Both the position numbers and the translations under genes were made by a program. Source: Cirrosporium novae-zelandiae (taxonomy: Eukaryota). From it: a DNA stretch of 64,000 nucleotides. The DNA lies in the NCBI GenBank assembly GCA_026023565.1, contig JAPETS010000043.1, forward strand, positions 1 to 64,000, read 5' to 3'. Below are positions 24,276 through 36,700 of the stretch, in pieces; positions within the stretch are counted from its first letter, which is position 1, and each line of letters opens with the position of its first letter. The notes below the pieces were generated by a model. It did not search any database. It saw only the letters and a list, made by a program, of their open reading frames with translations, and was not told where the DNA came from.

Positions 24276-24765
24276 TTATAGTCCCCCGTTCATAGAATAA
24301 GAGGACAATATCAGTATAAAAACATTTATCACTCCCCATACAAATGGAATCCACGTTGACATCCTAAAGTAGCCTGCAATATATACTGCGCCGAGCACTA
24401 GCCCAACAATACTTCCACAAAATAATGCTTCAATGCCTCCTATAACCACAAGGATGACGGGCATAATCCATATCATTCTCCAATTCCGATATTGGACGAT
24501 CACGGCATAGAGACTCGTTACAATGTGGACGGCTTCAAACAAGATCAAAGTCCAGAAAGTTGTATACCTCCATACATCGTCGGCATAGTATAGGTAATAA
24601 GCCTGGCCGGGTTTTGGCTGGACGGGCCAGTAAAGAGAGGGAAATCCCGGAGTCGCATATCCATAAGGAACCCGGTTCTCGATGGTTGTACTGTGGGAGG
24701 GGAGATTAGCTTTTAGTGACTTCGGCTCGCAGTCGTGGGAAATATACAAACCTGAGGGAAACCAT
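24276..24765 (-). CDS. TMEM170-family integral membrane protein (~142 aa)
   Basis: ATG at 24765; intron 24751-24691 (GTTTGT...GCTAAT...CAG). Motifs PxFPSLYW, YLYYxxDVWRYTxFWTLI, GxIVGLVLGAVYxAGxFxMSTWIPFVWG and three hydrophobic segments. Confidence 0.85.
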
Positions 24766-25075
24766 AATAAAAAAAGTATTATATATGGATTATTGCCACA
24801 GCCACGACAGCTGTCTGTCTTCAGATGCTTCATATGACAATTATTAAAGTGGCTCGTGCCAAATTAAGTTGCGTCGGGGTGCGGCTATCATGTCCGCGAG
24901 GCGCGCGACTTCGGCATGACCCATAGCTCAATAGCCGAGGTTTGTTACTTCAGTCAGACCAACTCCTTGTCTTATACCATCAAATATCCACAAACCGGGC
25001 TTCTACAAGCCATGACGGCTCTGCATGTCTTCTTGGACAAGCGAGAAGACAAATTTAAGCTAAATTCCTGTCAAT

Positions 25076-27253
25076 ATGGCGACAGATAAGTCGCTTCATA
25101 TGCTCTTGCGTTCCTTGCAAACACCAACAGATCTTCTTGATGCTACTAGGTTACTTTCTACTAGATGTGCAATTCATGCGATCCTCTGCTAATATTGAGA
25201 TAGACTTCTCCCGTCTGCCATCACCCTCCTTACGGTCTTAACAAATCCCCTTAATGTCACGTTGCTCTCATCTAAACTCCTCGCTGCTCCTGCTATATGG
25301 GATAACCTTGACTTCGATGGTTTGACAACATGTTTGAAGCTCCTCAGTGTATTTAATACAGCAAGCATTACTATAGCGCAAAGAGCTGATCCAACTCGAT
25401 CGGCTAGCTTTTCTTATGAACGGGGCTTGTCTATTGATCCGTGGGTGCGGGCCGTAATTAAAGGAGCAGATGAACACTCCCCGAGATGGAGACATCTGCT
25501 CGTAATTGGAGGGTCGCTGGTGGGCTTCGAGGCTCCAGATAGACAAGCATTGCCTCCAAATTTGCGAAAAGCATTAGAGAGTGCACTAGTGAAAGCAACA
25601 AATCTGGCCCTTGACGAAGCAGCCGCGGGCGATGAACTGGCAGGACAGTGTCTTACCCTCGTCCTAACACATACATTTCCTTTACTTTCAGAATGGGAAA
25701 GGCGGCAATTAGATTACGGAACACTCCTTCCCACCATGATACATGCTGCGTTCTTTTCTTCTGGGGGTTTGAAGGCGGGATACTTCGTCGGAGGCATCGA
25801 TGCTGAAGTTATCCAAACATCGGACCAAAAGTTCCGCTGGGCTAAGAGCTCCAACAGCTTTCAACAAATTCAAACACTATCTTCCTCCCCGTTATTACTG
25901 AATCTTGGTCCGGTAGCTCGTTTGATTTCTCATGCTGCCGAGAGTGCTCCAAACTCTTCACTGTTGCTTACAGTCGTGAAAGATATGTTCGAGTTTTCCA
26001 GAACGATAATGGTCCAATGGCGACAAAACAAGCTTTCCGAGACTGATATGTCAGAGGAAGCAATGTTTCTAGATCCTGAAACTGTAGGAACTACGTTGCC
26101 TGTGCTATGGCGTGTTTTGAAGGCATCAATGTTTGCAACAATCATTGTGCTTCAAGCAGCCATGGGTAGAGCACTTGGAGATCCAACACTAGCTAGCTCA
26201 AGCAGTATGGATGTCTTTCCCCTCCTCGGAAGTCACAACTAACCGAGAGCAGACGCCCCGTTCATTGCTATGCAAATCTTACATACTTTACGCCACTTAT
26301 ATTTCATCTCTTCTCGCCTTGGTCATAACGCTTTTTCCCAGTATACCTTTGTCTTTATGACCAGCGTTGACATTCTTTGCCACAATCACGCGGTCTCTCA
26401 AGAATTTCTTGAAAAGATTCGTCCGTTACAATTGGGACAGATTCCTGAACATCCTCTCGATCGATGTTTGGACCTATTCTTCCTAAACACTGCAGAACAT
26501 TTCCCTCTAGTCCTTTCTTCTCATGTCAATGAAGAACTCTTAATCGCTGCGGCAGTGCCCTACCTCACGACTAGTGGTTCACCTCAACTCCTTCCCCTTT
26601 TCGAAGCTGGGCACAGTGTGATTCTTGCTGCTCTGTCCGCCCCGCAATGTGCTAATCTCGCTACAAAATACGTCCCCTTCTACATTTTTGCTCTTTTTAA
26701 GGTTTTCCCACAGAGCCTTTCTCCCCGCCAATTTCGGCTCGCATTTAGGACACTTCTTTCTATTACCGCACCGCCTTCTGCCCTTGCTACAACCCAACCC
26801 TTGCTTCCGTCTATTCTACTTGAGTTAGTTCAACAACGAGCGTTAAATGCGTCTGCGACTCCATTACCCCACCCCGGCTTCGCCCAAGTACCAACGACAT
26901 CCACTTCCTCCACTTCCGAAAACGATTTCCTAGAGCTTTCAGAACAATCCACCTTTATCCTTACAATTCTCGACGTTCTCCCGCTCCTCCCGCTCTCCAC
27001 TTTGGAAGAATGGTTACCATTAGCCGCTAACCTAATCAACCATATTAAGGATACTGAGACCCGCGCTATGTGCCGGGAACGTTTCTGGGAAGTTATCAGT
27101 GATGGAGATATGGATGTTGAGAGAGCAGAATTGTGTGTTCGCTGGTGGGGAACTAGAGGCGGAAGAGAGATGGTGCTTTTCGGTGCAGAAGACCGGCAGA
27201 TTCAAGAAACCATTATGAGTGGAGGGAAGGCTGAGGTCAAGAGCATGCTCTGA
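25076..27253 (+). CDS. PEX8: Peroxin Pex8 (fungal 'Pex17'-type peroxisomal protein)
   Basis: Introns 25150-25203 and 26205-26252 join ORFs in frame. Motifs LTNPLNVTLLSSxLLxAPAIW, WRQNKLSE, LDLFFLNTAEHF, QFRLAF and WWGTRGGRE; C-terminus KSML. Confidence 0.85.
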
Positions 27254-27679
27254 AAGAGTTGAGTATGAAGATCTTCAAGTAAATATAGTGACGATGTTTA
27301 GATCCCAAAGGAGTACAGGAATTGATTTTTATTCTGTGCTGACGCGGTGGCTGAATTATAATTACTAGAGTATGGAAAGCGGAACCTGGGGCTTTATTAG
27401 GATTATGACAATACCAAACTAGATCAATATATGCTACATTTCAACAAGTAAGCTCTATGGGCTCTAAATTTCTTTGCCTTGATGTTAGTTGGTCCTATTC
27501 TTTGCTATAGCATACAGGGCTAAAAAGTTCGCGCAGAAATTTCCATCAATCTAGTATATTGCACCTAGACTCCAACGGTCGCCTCCTCTCCATATCCTAA
27601 CTCTTAAAACAAAGTATCCTTAATTAATGCAACATGTATAATAGATGGCATACACTAATCGTATATCTAAACCACCATG

Positions 27680-29785
27680 TCAATACCAATATGCCCCGTC
27701 TCCAGATGTAGGTTCCTTCTCACTTAACTCCTTGAGATATATCCAATGGTCAATTATGCCCCACATCCGCTTGAAGCTCTTATCAAAATTGTCCGCAAAA
27801 TACTCACATGTCGCTTGATCCCAACCAGGGTCGTCGAGTGAAAAGGGGGTGGGGTTAGCAGGAGGAGGTTGTGGATCATTCCAGTCGTTCCAAATTGTAA
27901 TATTTAATTTATCTCCATGAGTGGATAGTGCATCTATTATCCGTCCCATTTTCTGATTTCCAGAAAAGGTAGTCTTTGCAGCAAGTTGCCTGATTATTTT
28001 GTGTGGAATTGGGGTATCCCGTCCTATGATCCATTGTTGGGGCAAACTAGCATCGGGATTAAGAAATGTATATACCCAATTTACAGGGTCGTCTTTATAA
28101 AAAGCTAAGAAGAACGCATTGGCGGAGCCAAAGTAGTACCGTACATCGCTACCAGGAAGTGTACCCCATAGCTGCATACCTGCCACTATACCAGGTAGGA
28201 ATTGAACTGGACCATTGGTGGGATCGTTTTCATTCATAGAGATCACTCGGCAAGCCCAGTAACCCGGCCAAACAGACCCATGAGGTCTAAGTTTCCCAGA
28301 AGTAGGGTCCTCTAATTCGCGATCAGAGGCAAATGACACATCTTTTGATGCCAAGAGCCAAGCTTCGAATAAGGAGGGAGGCATGTCCCAGTACTTTAAA
28401 GCTGAGCGGGCATTCAATGTAGCGTCTATATCAATATATCGGTGTTGTTTTTTCTTTATAGTATTGAAAGAATCCCATATAGGGATGGTCCTAGTTTCCT
28501 CGAGAATAAAAGTAATCCATTCCGGAATCGCGATGAATTGTCCGTGAGCATCATACCGCTGAACCTGAGTCCACCATAGAGCAAGTAATACATGGACTGT
28601 CATTGCGGGAAGTACACGCCTCGTCCCAATAGTTTTATTCATGGAGTTTGAACGCTGGTGTGTAGAAAATTCCTCGTAGTGATTGATTCGATCGCCTGCC
28701 CAACGAAAATGATGTGGATAGAACAGCCATACACATATTCTGACAAAGGCAAAGGCCCCTTGTATTGCCAACCATATGCCTGCTTGCCCTGCTGTTGTAC
28801 GGCGAAGCTCGATATATTGGCAAATGTATCCTAATATGCAGATTGCAGAGACAAATAGAGATGAGAATCGGACAAATTGGTAGGTAGGCCCAGTGATGGC
28901 GCATGAGTTATAAATTTGATGGTCCATACCCTTACAGGATATCGCGAAGGATCCTTTCTTAGCAGCAAACTCGCTTGGGGCAGAAGGTCGCGAGACAGCT
29001 TCTTGAGTGTGCACCCAAGCCCACAAGCTTGATCCATAAGAAAGAGCCATGAATAGTCCAATAGTTGCGCAATAGGTTGTCCAGGTATACTGGTTCGATG
29101 GTCCAGAAAATGGTAGAATGGAAAAACAAGTAGCTCCTATACAGCCGATGCTGACCAATCGCCCTATGATAAAATTATTTCGGAATGCTCGTACAGCAGT
29201 CAGTCGCCTAAAACTGACTCGAAAATTTACAGCACGTCCATCTCTAAGGACAAGTGATCTAGGAGAACTATCAACGGTATGCCGTAAGGTTCTGATCGGA
29301 GTCCAGATAATGCTGCCTTGTCTCCGGTTCTGATCAAAATATGTGATTGAAAATAGCTCGTCTTCAGGGAGTCGATCAGAATCGGGAACACCAAATAGAG
29401 ACCGTAGTGACTTGGTATCAAACCCGGCATGTTCACAAGCCACTGGACCCAGGCCCAATTTCACCAGAGCTCGTGCATAGCCAAGAAGCCCAAGCAAAGA
29501 CAAGAGCGATACAGCCGCAGAGAGCGAGTCTCGACTATAATCGATAGAAAACCTCTCGACGGAGTTCGTGGCAAAAATACCCACTAAAGCAGCAAGGTCT
29601 TGAGTACCGTCTGCAAGGACTTGGAAGGGGCTATCTCTATCATCTTCGTTCTCAGTCACGGTAGATCGACGGGATTGAACGGGCATGGCCACGGCTGGGA
29701 CAATAAGCTGACAAAGAGCTTGACAACATGCATACGTGACCCGAAATGGCAAGGACTTGAAGACAATTTGGCCTGTGTCTCGCAT
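27680..29785 (-). CDS. Uncharacterised multi-pass membrane protein (701 aa, intronless ORF)
   Basis: 2.1-kb open frame with N-terminal motif QDLAALVGIFATNSVERF...LSLLGLLGYARALVKLGLG and several hydrophobic segments. Start codon is uncertain. Confidence 0.8.
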   Translation of the reverse strand: MRDTGQIVFKSLPFRVTYACCQALCQLIVPAVAMPVQSRRSTVTENEDDRDSPFQVLADGTQDLAALVGIFATNSVERFSIDYSRDSLSAAVSLLSLLGLLGYARALVKLGLGPVACEHAGFDTKSLRSLFGVPDSDRLPEDELFSITYFDQNRRQGSIIWTPIRTLRHTVDSSPRSLVLRDGRAVNFRVSFRRLTAVRAFRNNFIIGRLVSIGCIGATCFSILPFSGPSNQYTWTTYCATIGLFMALSYGSSLWAWVHTQEAVSRPSAPSEFAAKKGSFAISCKGMDHQIYNSCAITGPTYQFVRFSSLFVSAICILGYICQYIELRRTTAGQAGIWLAIQGAFAFVRICVWLFYPHHFRWAGDRINHYEEFSTHQRSNSMNKTIGTRRVLPAMTVHVLLALWWTQVQRYDAHGQFIAIPEWITFILEETRTIPIWDSFNTIKKKQHRYIDIDATLNARSALKYWDMPPSLFEAWLLASKDVSFASDRELEDPTSGKLRPHGSVWPGYWACRVISMNENDPTNGPVQFLPGIVAGMQLWGTLPGSDVRYYFGSANAFFLAFYKDDPVNWVYTFLNPDASLPQQWIIGRDTPIPHKIIRQLAAKTTFSGNQKMGRIIDALSTHGDKLNITIWNDWNDPQPPPANPTPFSLDDPGWDQATCEYFADNFDKSFKRMWGIIDHWIYLKELSEKEPTSGDGAYWY

Positions 29786-30523
29786 GTCTGAAAAATAAAT
29801 AATAACTTCGCAAATAACACTTTGTATTGTTCTGGGTAGAGCATTTGCTAGTAAGAAATGAAAGAGTTTCGATGTATAGATGCAACGTTCTCAATTTCCA
29901 AGGCATGTTTGGTCAGAAATCAGGCTAGACGCTCGAGATGCTATATATATAGGACAGCAAGCAAGAACAACTACTGAGGCTGTGGGTGGCACAGCAAGTA
30001 AGACAAGGATCAAAATCAAGCTGGCGGCTATTGCAAGCTTGGGATTTGATAGTGCAATGATAAACAAGAGACAACGTAAGGGTAGTGGCACTAACTTCTG
30101 TGTCTACTGTGGTGGTAAACATTCATCTTATAAGAGATGAACTTAACCTTCTGGAATTCTCTCATGATTCAGCAAGCCTAAGGCTAAGTTTTAGTTTAGA
30201 AGTAAGATATTGTAGTTGGGGGCGAGGTAGAAATAATGTCCTAAGAATCAAGAAGTTCTCAAAGACAAGAGAATTATGGGTAATGAGAGCTTTCAACCAT
30301 TGCCCTCTTGAAGCAACGCCGAAATTAAAATGAGAATGTACTGTAGACTATCTATTAATTAGGAGAGGAAACCTGAGGCTATGCCAAATATTAGCGCCGA
30401 GCCTTACAAGGTCCCACTCAAGCTCTCCAGCTTTGAATTAAATACTGTGGTTAGATAGACAGTCTACACATATCTATCTTCAACTTCAAGATTTACCCAT
30501 CAGACAATATCCATCATACCGCC

Positions 30524-31128
30524 ATGAGGTTCTCTTCTCTTTCGACATCTCTTGCAGATGTCTTCAAGATACCCCTAAATAATGCACAATTACCCATAAA
30601 AATCCCGCCTATATGTCTAAACCAGATTCCTCACGTCCGGCCTTCCTTCCCTACCCAACAGGCCTCCACCTTCTCTTCCACAGCTCCTATTTTTGCGAGA
30701 AAAAAGTCAGCACCAAAACTTGATAAGCGCATCAGTAAGCCTTCTCTAGCTTTTATTTCATACTTTCGCAGTTCATTTAAATCAACCAATTTCCTCCAGA
30801 GCTCATCCGCTATCATCTTAACCACCCTAAAACTCCTCGGCCTCTTCGCCTATCCCGGCTTCGTTCCCTTCGTCATTGGACTATCCATCGTGCCTACCAA
30901 CTCTACAGACTAAACCTTCAAATGGCAGAAGAGCGGGAGTTAGAAAGGCAATACAACTGCATGCGGGATGCATGTGAGCATTTGAGAACTGAGGTTGGAG
31001 ATGGCGGGCGGCTATTCCGGATTGCAATGAACAAGAAGAATATTTGGCAAGGAGTACCTATTGAATATGCCAGAATACAGACCGAAAGTCCTCCACGAGA
31101 TGGCTGGGATAACAATTGGACAAGATAA
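30524..31128 (+). CDS. MRPL28: Mitochondrial ribosomal protein mL40 (yeast MrpL28 family)
   Basis: Intron 30735-30799 gives ...DKRIKLIRYHLNHPKTPRPLRLSRLRSLRHWTIHRAYQLY...ELERQYNCMRDACEHL...PIEYARIQTESPPRDGW. Ser/Arg-rich presequence. Confidence 0.85.
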
Positions 31129-31533
31129 AGGAGCTGGATACGAACCAGTGTAGTATTATTGAGGTTTATGGTAAAGCGCGAACATACTCTGAACCATCTA
31201 GGGTTGATTCGCATTGCATTACTTAGTGAAGAATCAAGTCATAACCGCAAATTGCTTTGAGGTAGAACAGAGAACCCGGAAGTGCACCAGTTTAGCAACC
31301 TATCTTTTCGTAATGCTCCTCGGAGCTGCCTGTTTAGCAACTCTAACACGATGAAAATAATTCTGGAAAATTCAATAGTCCACCTCTTAATAGCCATGCG
31401 GGACAATCTTTTGCAGACTCAATACCAAGTAAAACCAAGCCATTCTCCCAAACGCCATTAATGCTCAGCAACATTGTGCTTTTGTTCCAACGGACAGAAG
31501 CTATTAATATGAAGTATATTTCCCAACCAACAC

Positions 31534-32684
31534 TCATAAAATCACACAGCAACCACTACGATCGGACCCATCGACATTGAGTAAAGCAGCCCTAGTCGCA
31601 GCTTCAAATACATCATCAACTCCTTCACCAGTCAAAGAGGAGCATTCCTTGTATTGGCGAGCACCAATAATTTTCATCATTTCCTTCCCGTCGTCAGGTT
31701 GGAGGAAATCTCTATTTTTCTTCCGCATTTCTTCTATTGCATCGGCGGCGCCTCTGAGGTCTTTCTTCAACGCGACAAGAATGACTGGGATGTCAGGACA
31801 GCGGTCCTTAGCTTCAGGGAACCACTATAGAAGTTAGTGAAATTTGTTTCAGGTGCAGCCTGCGAAAGAGTATTCACTTTTTCTTTAACATTTTCCAGTG
31901 ATTCCGGCTCGTCAACTGAGAAGCCAATCAAAATTACATTTGCTTTCGCATATGCCAACGGTCGTAACCGTTCGTAGTCTTCCTGTCCTGCAGTGTCCCA
32001 AAGAGCCAGTTGCACGTCTCTACCATCAACCCTACAGTCCGTCACATAGTTTTCGAAGACAGTAGGAACCTATACATAAATGATTAAATCCAGGTACTTA
32101 AAACAATCACCCATACTCTGGCTGAATATAGAATACTAACATAATGCTAGAACAAAAAATTGATTAGCAAACCCCAACAAGAAATGAGATTGCGGGATAG
32201 CTTACGGTTGGAAAATATCCCAGGGTAAAGACACTTAATAGACTCGTCTTACCACATGCACCGTCTCCAATAATGACAAGCTTCCTAAATAGGCACCATA
32301 ATTAGCTCAATATACTGAATATCTTCACGGAAATATCAGTTATATGTTATCAATGTGTAGTAATGAACTGATATGAAAGAGAAAAATATCGGACGAAAAC
32401 AAATTCGATAAAAAGCCATTGGATGGAAAGTAGTATCTGTAAGCCAGAGCATTGGAGATAAATCGTTGAGGAAAACTAATGAATGTAGATGTTATACAAT
32501 TGGGATATTTGAAGCATTTATACAGATATCATCCATTATTCCAAGCGTGCTCCAAAGTCCGAAAGGGGCTGGGATCCTATTCAACGGAAAGATCGAATTT
32601 TCGGACTCATCATGGTTTGCAACTCCAAAGTAGAATACAGATATCCCCATACCTTCGCAATACATTATCTTGTATTTGTGCCAT
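31534..32684 (-). CDS. RHO2: Rho GTPase Rho2
   Basis: Exons 32684-32653, 32284-32206, 32146-32141, 32069-31878, 31824-31534. Motifs [36 protein letters not shown] and [15 protein letters not shown]; CaaX end CCVIL. Confidence 0.95.
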
Positions 32685-33771
32685 CTCTACACTTTAAGAA
32701 GTAACCGTTCGGACCGTGTTCCCTTAGATTGGATAGGCGGCGGGGCGTTCACTGTACACGACTCAGCCAAGAAGGCATGAGCTGAGACAGCACACAAAAG
32801 CTGCAAGCCCAATGTCGATGAAATGGATGAATATAGATCTGATCCTCAGCTGCCCCCCTGAAAGTGCAATAAGAGTTCCCTTCACGCCTAGCCGGGAATT
32901 TGATGATGAGGATTTAGGGCGGATGCTTGACCACTTTAAGGAGGATGATAGACGAATCGAAAATATATATATATAGATGTATATATAGGCGGATCAAGGA
33001 CGGATTTGCGTAGAAAGACACGACAGTGGTATCGTTGAAAAGTTGTTGAGATAAAATAGATCAAGCTCCCCGAGGAGGAGCTGGGCTATGCTGAAGAGTC
33101 GTAAGACAAGCGGTATGTAAGCTGTTGTTATAAGGTGTAAGGGGTTATAATAATGAGAATGCGAGAAGATGATGCTGAAAATGTTAAGATAAGCAACCCG
33201 GACTATATGCTTCAAACTGAAGGTGTATAACTCGAAATAAAAAGTTTGCTGGTGTTCCTGGTGTTGCTGGTTCGTAAAGTACCAACTCAACTCCGGCCAT
33301 CCCATGTTTCTCAGTAGTTGCACAGAAGGCGTCTAGCGTCTATTTCGCCGTTGATTTGCAAACTCCAAGCCAACCAAACCCCTCCCCAGTAAATCAACTT
33401 ACTCTTCTCCACAACTAGCAAATGCAACCGGAATCTGAGAAGAACCAGCACCTGCCTTTACGAGACCGAGATCGAAACGCTCTTTCATTCTAGACTTTGA
33501 CCTCGAGTCCAGGGTTCGCACACTGTGGTCGCGGGGGATTTACCCAATATCTCCCGCACTTTGCAACCGCGCCTTAACCGCGACATACCTTGCTTGGCCG
33601 GGTTAACCAGCACGCTTGTTGTCATCACGACCTTGCCTGAACTTGCTACTTCTAAGCTCTTAGCTACTCAGATTCTGCCGAGGTTGGTCCTCTTGCTCAT
33701 ACAATATTTCAAGATACATGTGAACAAGTCAGGTTACGCCTCTTGCCTACTCCGATTATCTTGACCAAGAT

Positions 33772-36700
33772 ATGGCGCCTTCAAATAATGCAACCTCTAG
33801 AGGAGGATCAGGTGGCATTTCAGCGACAGTTTCTAAGGTACAGGATCCGAATAGCAATTCCAGCGCTCAAAGTCCAAAGCAGAATATCTCAGCAACGCCT
33901 GTTAACGGCACCTTGGGAAGCGCACCTGTTAATCGAAAGAAGCAAAAACGGAGGCAGAAACGAGCAGCTCGACTCGCGGAACAGCAGCAAAATGGAGAAG
34001 TACCTACAAAACAGATTATTGCCGCCAAGAAGGTTGCACCTTACACAGCTGTAAATGACGCACCGATAGAACTGGACTATGACGATGTTGGTTCTGAGGA
34101 CTTGGATCAATATGAGCATGGCGAGGGCGAAGATTACTACTACACAGAAGATGATGCTCAACTCTACCACAATATACCAAGGCGGTCGCCTCCTAATGGC
34201 TACCCTCCTAGCAACTTTGATTCACAGGGCGAATTGAAAAAGTCCAAAAAGAAAAGAAATAAAAATCGCTCGGTTTCTCACACCGATTTCGAGCCAACTC
34301 CCCTAGGTGCAGGGTCTAATGCACATAGTCACTCTCCCCCGTTACCTCCTCCGCCCACCCTAACCTCCACTCATTCGCATTCGGAAAAGAAGCTGTCCAA
34401 AGATCGTATATGGAACACTTCGACCCAGGAAGAACGGCAGAGAATAAAAGAGTTCTGGTTGTCACTTGGAGAGGAGGAACGTCGGTCTTTAGTGAAGGTT
34501 GAAAAGGAAGCTGTGTTGCGCAAAATGAAGGAGCAGCAAAAACATTCTTGCAGTTGTACAGTTTGCGGCAGGAAGCGCACCGCAATTGAGGAAGAGCTAG
34601 AGGTTTTATATGATGCATATTATGATGAACTCGAGCAGTATGCAAACCACCAACAAGGGGGCCTTGTTAATGGGGTGCCCCCACCTCGATTATACGGGCA
34701 TTCTAACAGATCCGTGCCCAGTCGAGTACCTCCCCTCGTCAAGCGCCAACCTTCAATACAAGAATCTAGTGAATTTGCGGACGATGACGGTGATGAATAC
34801 AGTGAGGATGAGGATGATGAAGATTATAGCGATGCGGAGCCCGAGGAAGATGTTCCAAGGGGGCCAGCTGCTGATTTCTTCAATTTTGGTAATAGTCTTA
34901 CTGTTCAAGGTATGTACATACTATATTGCCCCTAGTGGAACTTTTTCTAACAATGTTTTGAAGGTGGTATTCTAACCGTTGCCGACGACCTGTTAAAGAA
35001 TGACGGCAAGAAGTTTATCGAGATGATGGAGCAATTAGCCGAGCGTCGAATGGCACGGGAGGAAGAAGCCCAGTATGGATCAGGGATAAGTCACTCGTCA
35101 GCACATTCAGGGCAAGGCCATAACCATGCTCCTCCTTTAGACGAAGAAGATTATGATGACGAAGAGGAGTACGATGATGAAGATGACGAAGAAGAGTACG
35201 ATAGTCAAGAAGACGAGATGGTCTGTGACGGTTCCTTGTTGAAATTTACTCTGGATTGGCTAATTTTGTACAGGATGCTATGACTGAGGAACAGCGCATG
35301 GAAGAGGGAAGACGTATGTTTCAAATATTCGCTGCGCGTATGTTTGAACAACGCGTTTTGACAGCATACCGAGAAAAAGTGGCCCGAGAACGGCAGCAGA
35401 AGTTGATCGAAGAACTCGAAGAGGAATCCAAACTTGATTTACAGCGTGAAGCCAAGAAGCAAAAAGAAGCTCAGAAGAAGAAGGCGAAGAAGCAGGCGCA
35501 GAAACAGCAAAGAGAGGAGGAACGAGCCAAGAGAGAAGCCGAGAAAGCTGCGGAAGAGGCAGCAGCTCGGGCATTGGAGGAGAAGAGGCTAGAAGAACAA
35601 AAACGGCGCAAAGAAGAACAACGAAAGAAGAAGGAGGCCGAAAAGAAAGCTCAAGACGAAGAAAGGTTAAGAAAGGAAGCTGAGAAACAAAAGAGGTTAA
35701 TTGAGGAAAGAGAACGGCAAGCAGAGGTTGAGCGGAAGCAGCGGGAGCAAAAGGAACGGGAGCGCAAGAAACGAGAGGAGGCAAGGAGAAAGGAAAAAGA
35801 AGAACGGGATGCCAAGGAGAAAGCCGCTAAAGAGAAGCGACAACGAGAGGAGCAGGAAAGGCGAGAAAAAGAAGCCGCCGCAAGAGCAGAGAAAGAAGTC
35901 CAAGAGCGCGCAAACCAAGCCAAACGAGAAGAGCAGGCTTCATCTCAAACTTCTGCGCAAGCCTCAAAACGCCCTCAGCCAATTCCTATCCCGCCAGGTT
36001 TACACCCTCCGCAATCCGGTTCCCATCTCCAGTCACCTCATCTCCCAATTGCTACTCCTATCATTCCGAAAGCCCCTACTCCTGTGAGGCTCCGCCAATC
36101 TTCCCAGCATGGCTCACATTCATCATCTCCCCAAAGCTCACACGTTGCTCCTCGGTCATCCCAATCTACGTCACCAAACCACGCCCCTTTCTCTACACCC
36201 GGGAAACCAATTGACATTCCAGTATCAAGATCTGGGGCTCAAAACCCTGCTCTGTATCATCCTCAGCCATCTGCACCTCTGTCTCCCTTGACAGCACCCC
36301 CAGGCACTTCTCCTCAACCTAGTTTCAATTTCCCGGGCCTACAGAATGCGTTTGTCAATAGTTTCCCATCAAGTAATCCTTCCATGCTCCCTGGAGTCTC
36401 ACAACGAACGTCGCTTAGCCACAACATCCCCATGAATCCCCACCCACAGTTTTCACCAGGAGTTCCATATCGAAGCTTCGGCATAGTTAATGGTATAGGC
36501 GTTCCGCCGGGGATAAATGGCAGTCGAATACTATCTCAAGGGAGGGGATATCCGCCTGACGCCTCATTTCATCCCCCCCCTCTGAGTATGCAAGGTACTG
36601 GACCACAACTTGCAATGGCAAAGAGTGCAGGTCCAATGTCTGCCCATTCAAGACATCAGTCTGCATCTTTTGAGAAGCCAAATTTTGGTATCCCAACTTC

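Noticed and set aside
24766..24833. N-terminal extension of the TMEM170-like ORF (MKHLKTDSC...)
   Set aside because: A canonical intron with a nearer ATG at 24765 explains the gene better; the ORF-track frame simply reads through the intron.
32380..32613. Hammerhead-ribozyme-like words (tgatgagtcc...ggac; ggacgaaa) in RHO2 intron 1
   Set aside because: The core requires CUGANGA and GAAA flanking stem II on the same strand. Here it is AUGAUGA followed by UUUG after the stem, and ggacgaaa is on the other strand.
35278..36087. Overlapping and antisense ORFs within NST1 (and similar ones in PEX8, the RING gene, the transporter and the acetyltransferase)
   Set aside because: They are shadow frames of real coding sequence, especially low-complexity coiled-coil codons, with no independent motifs.
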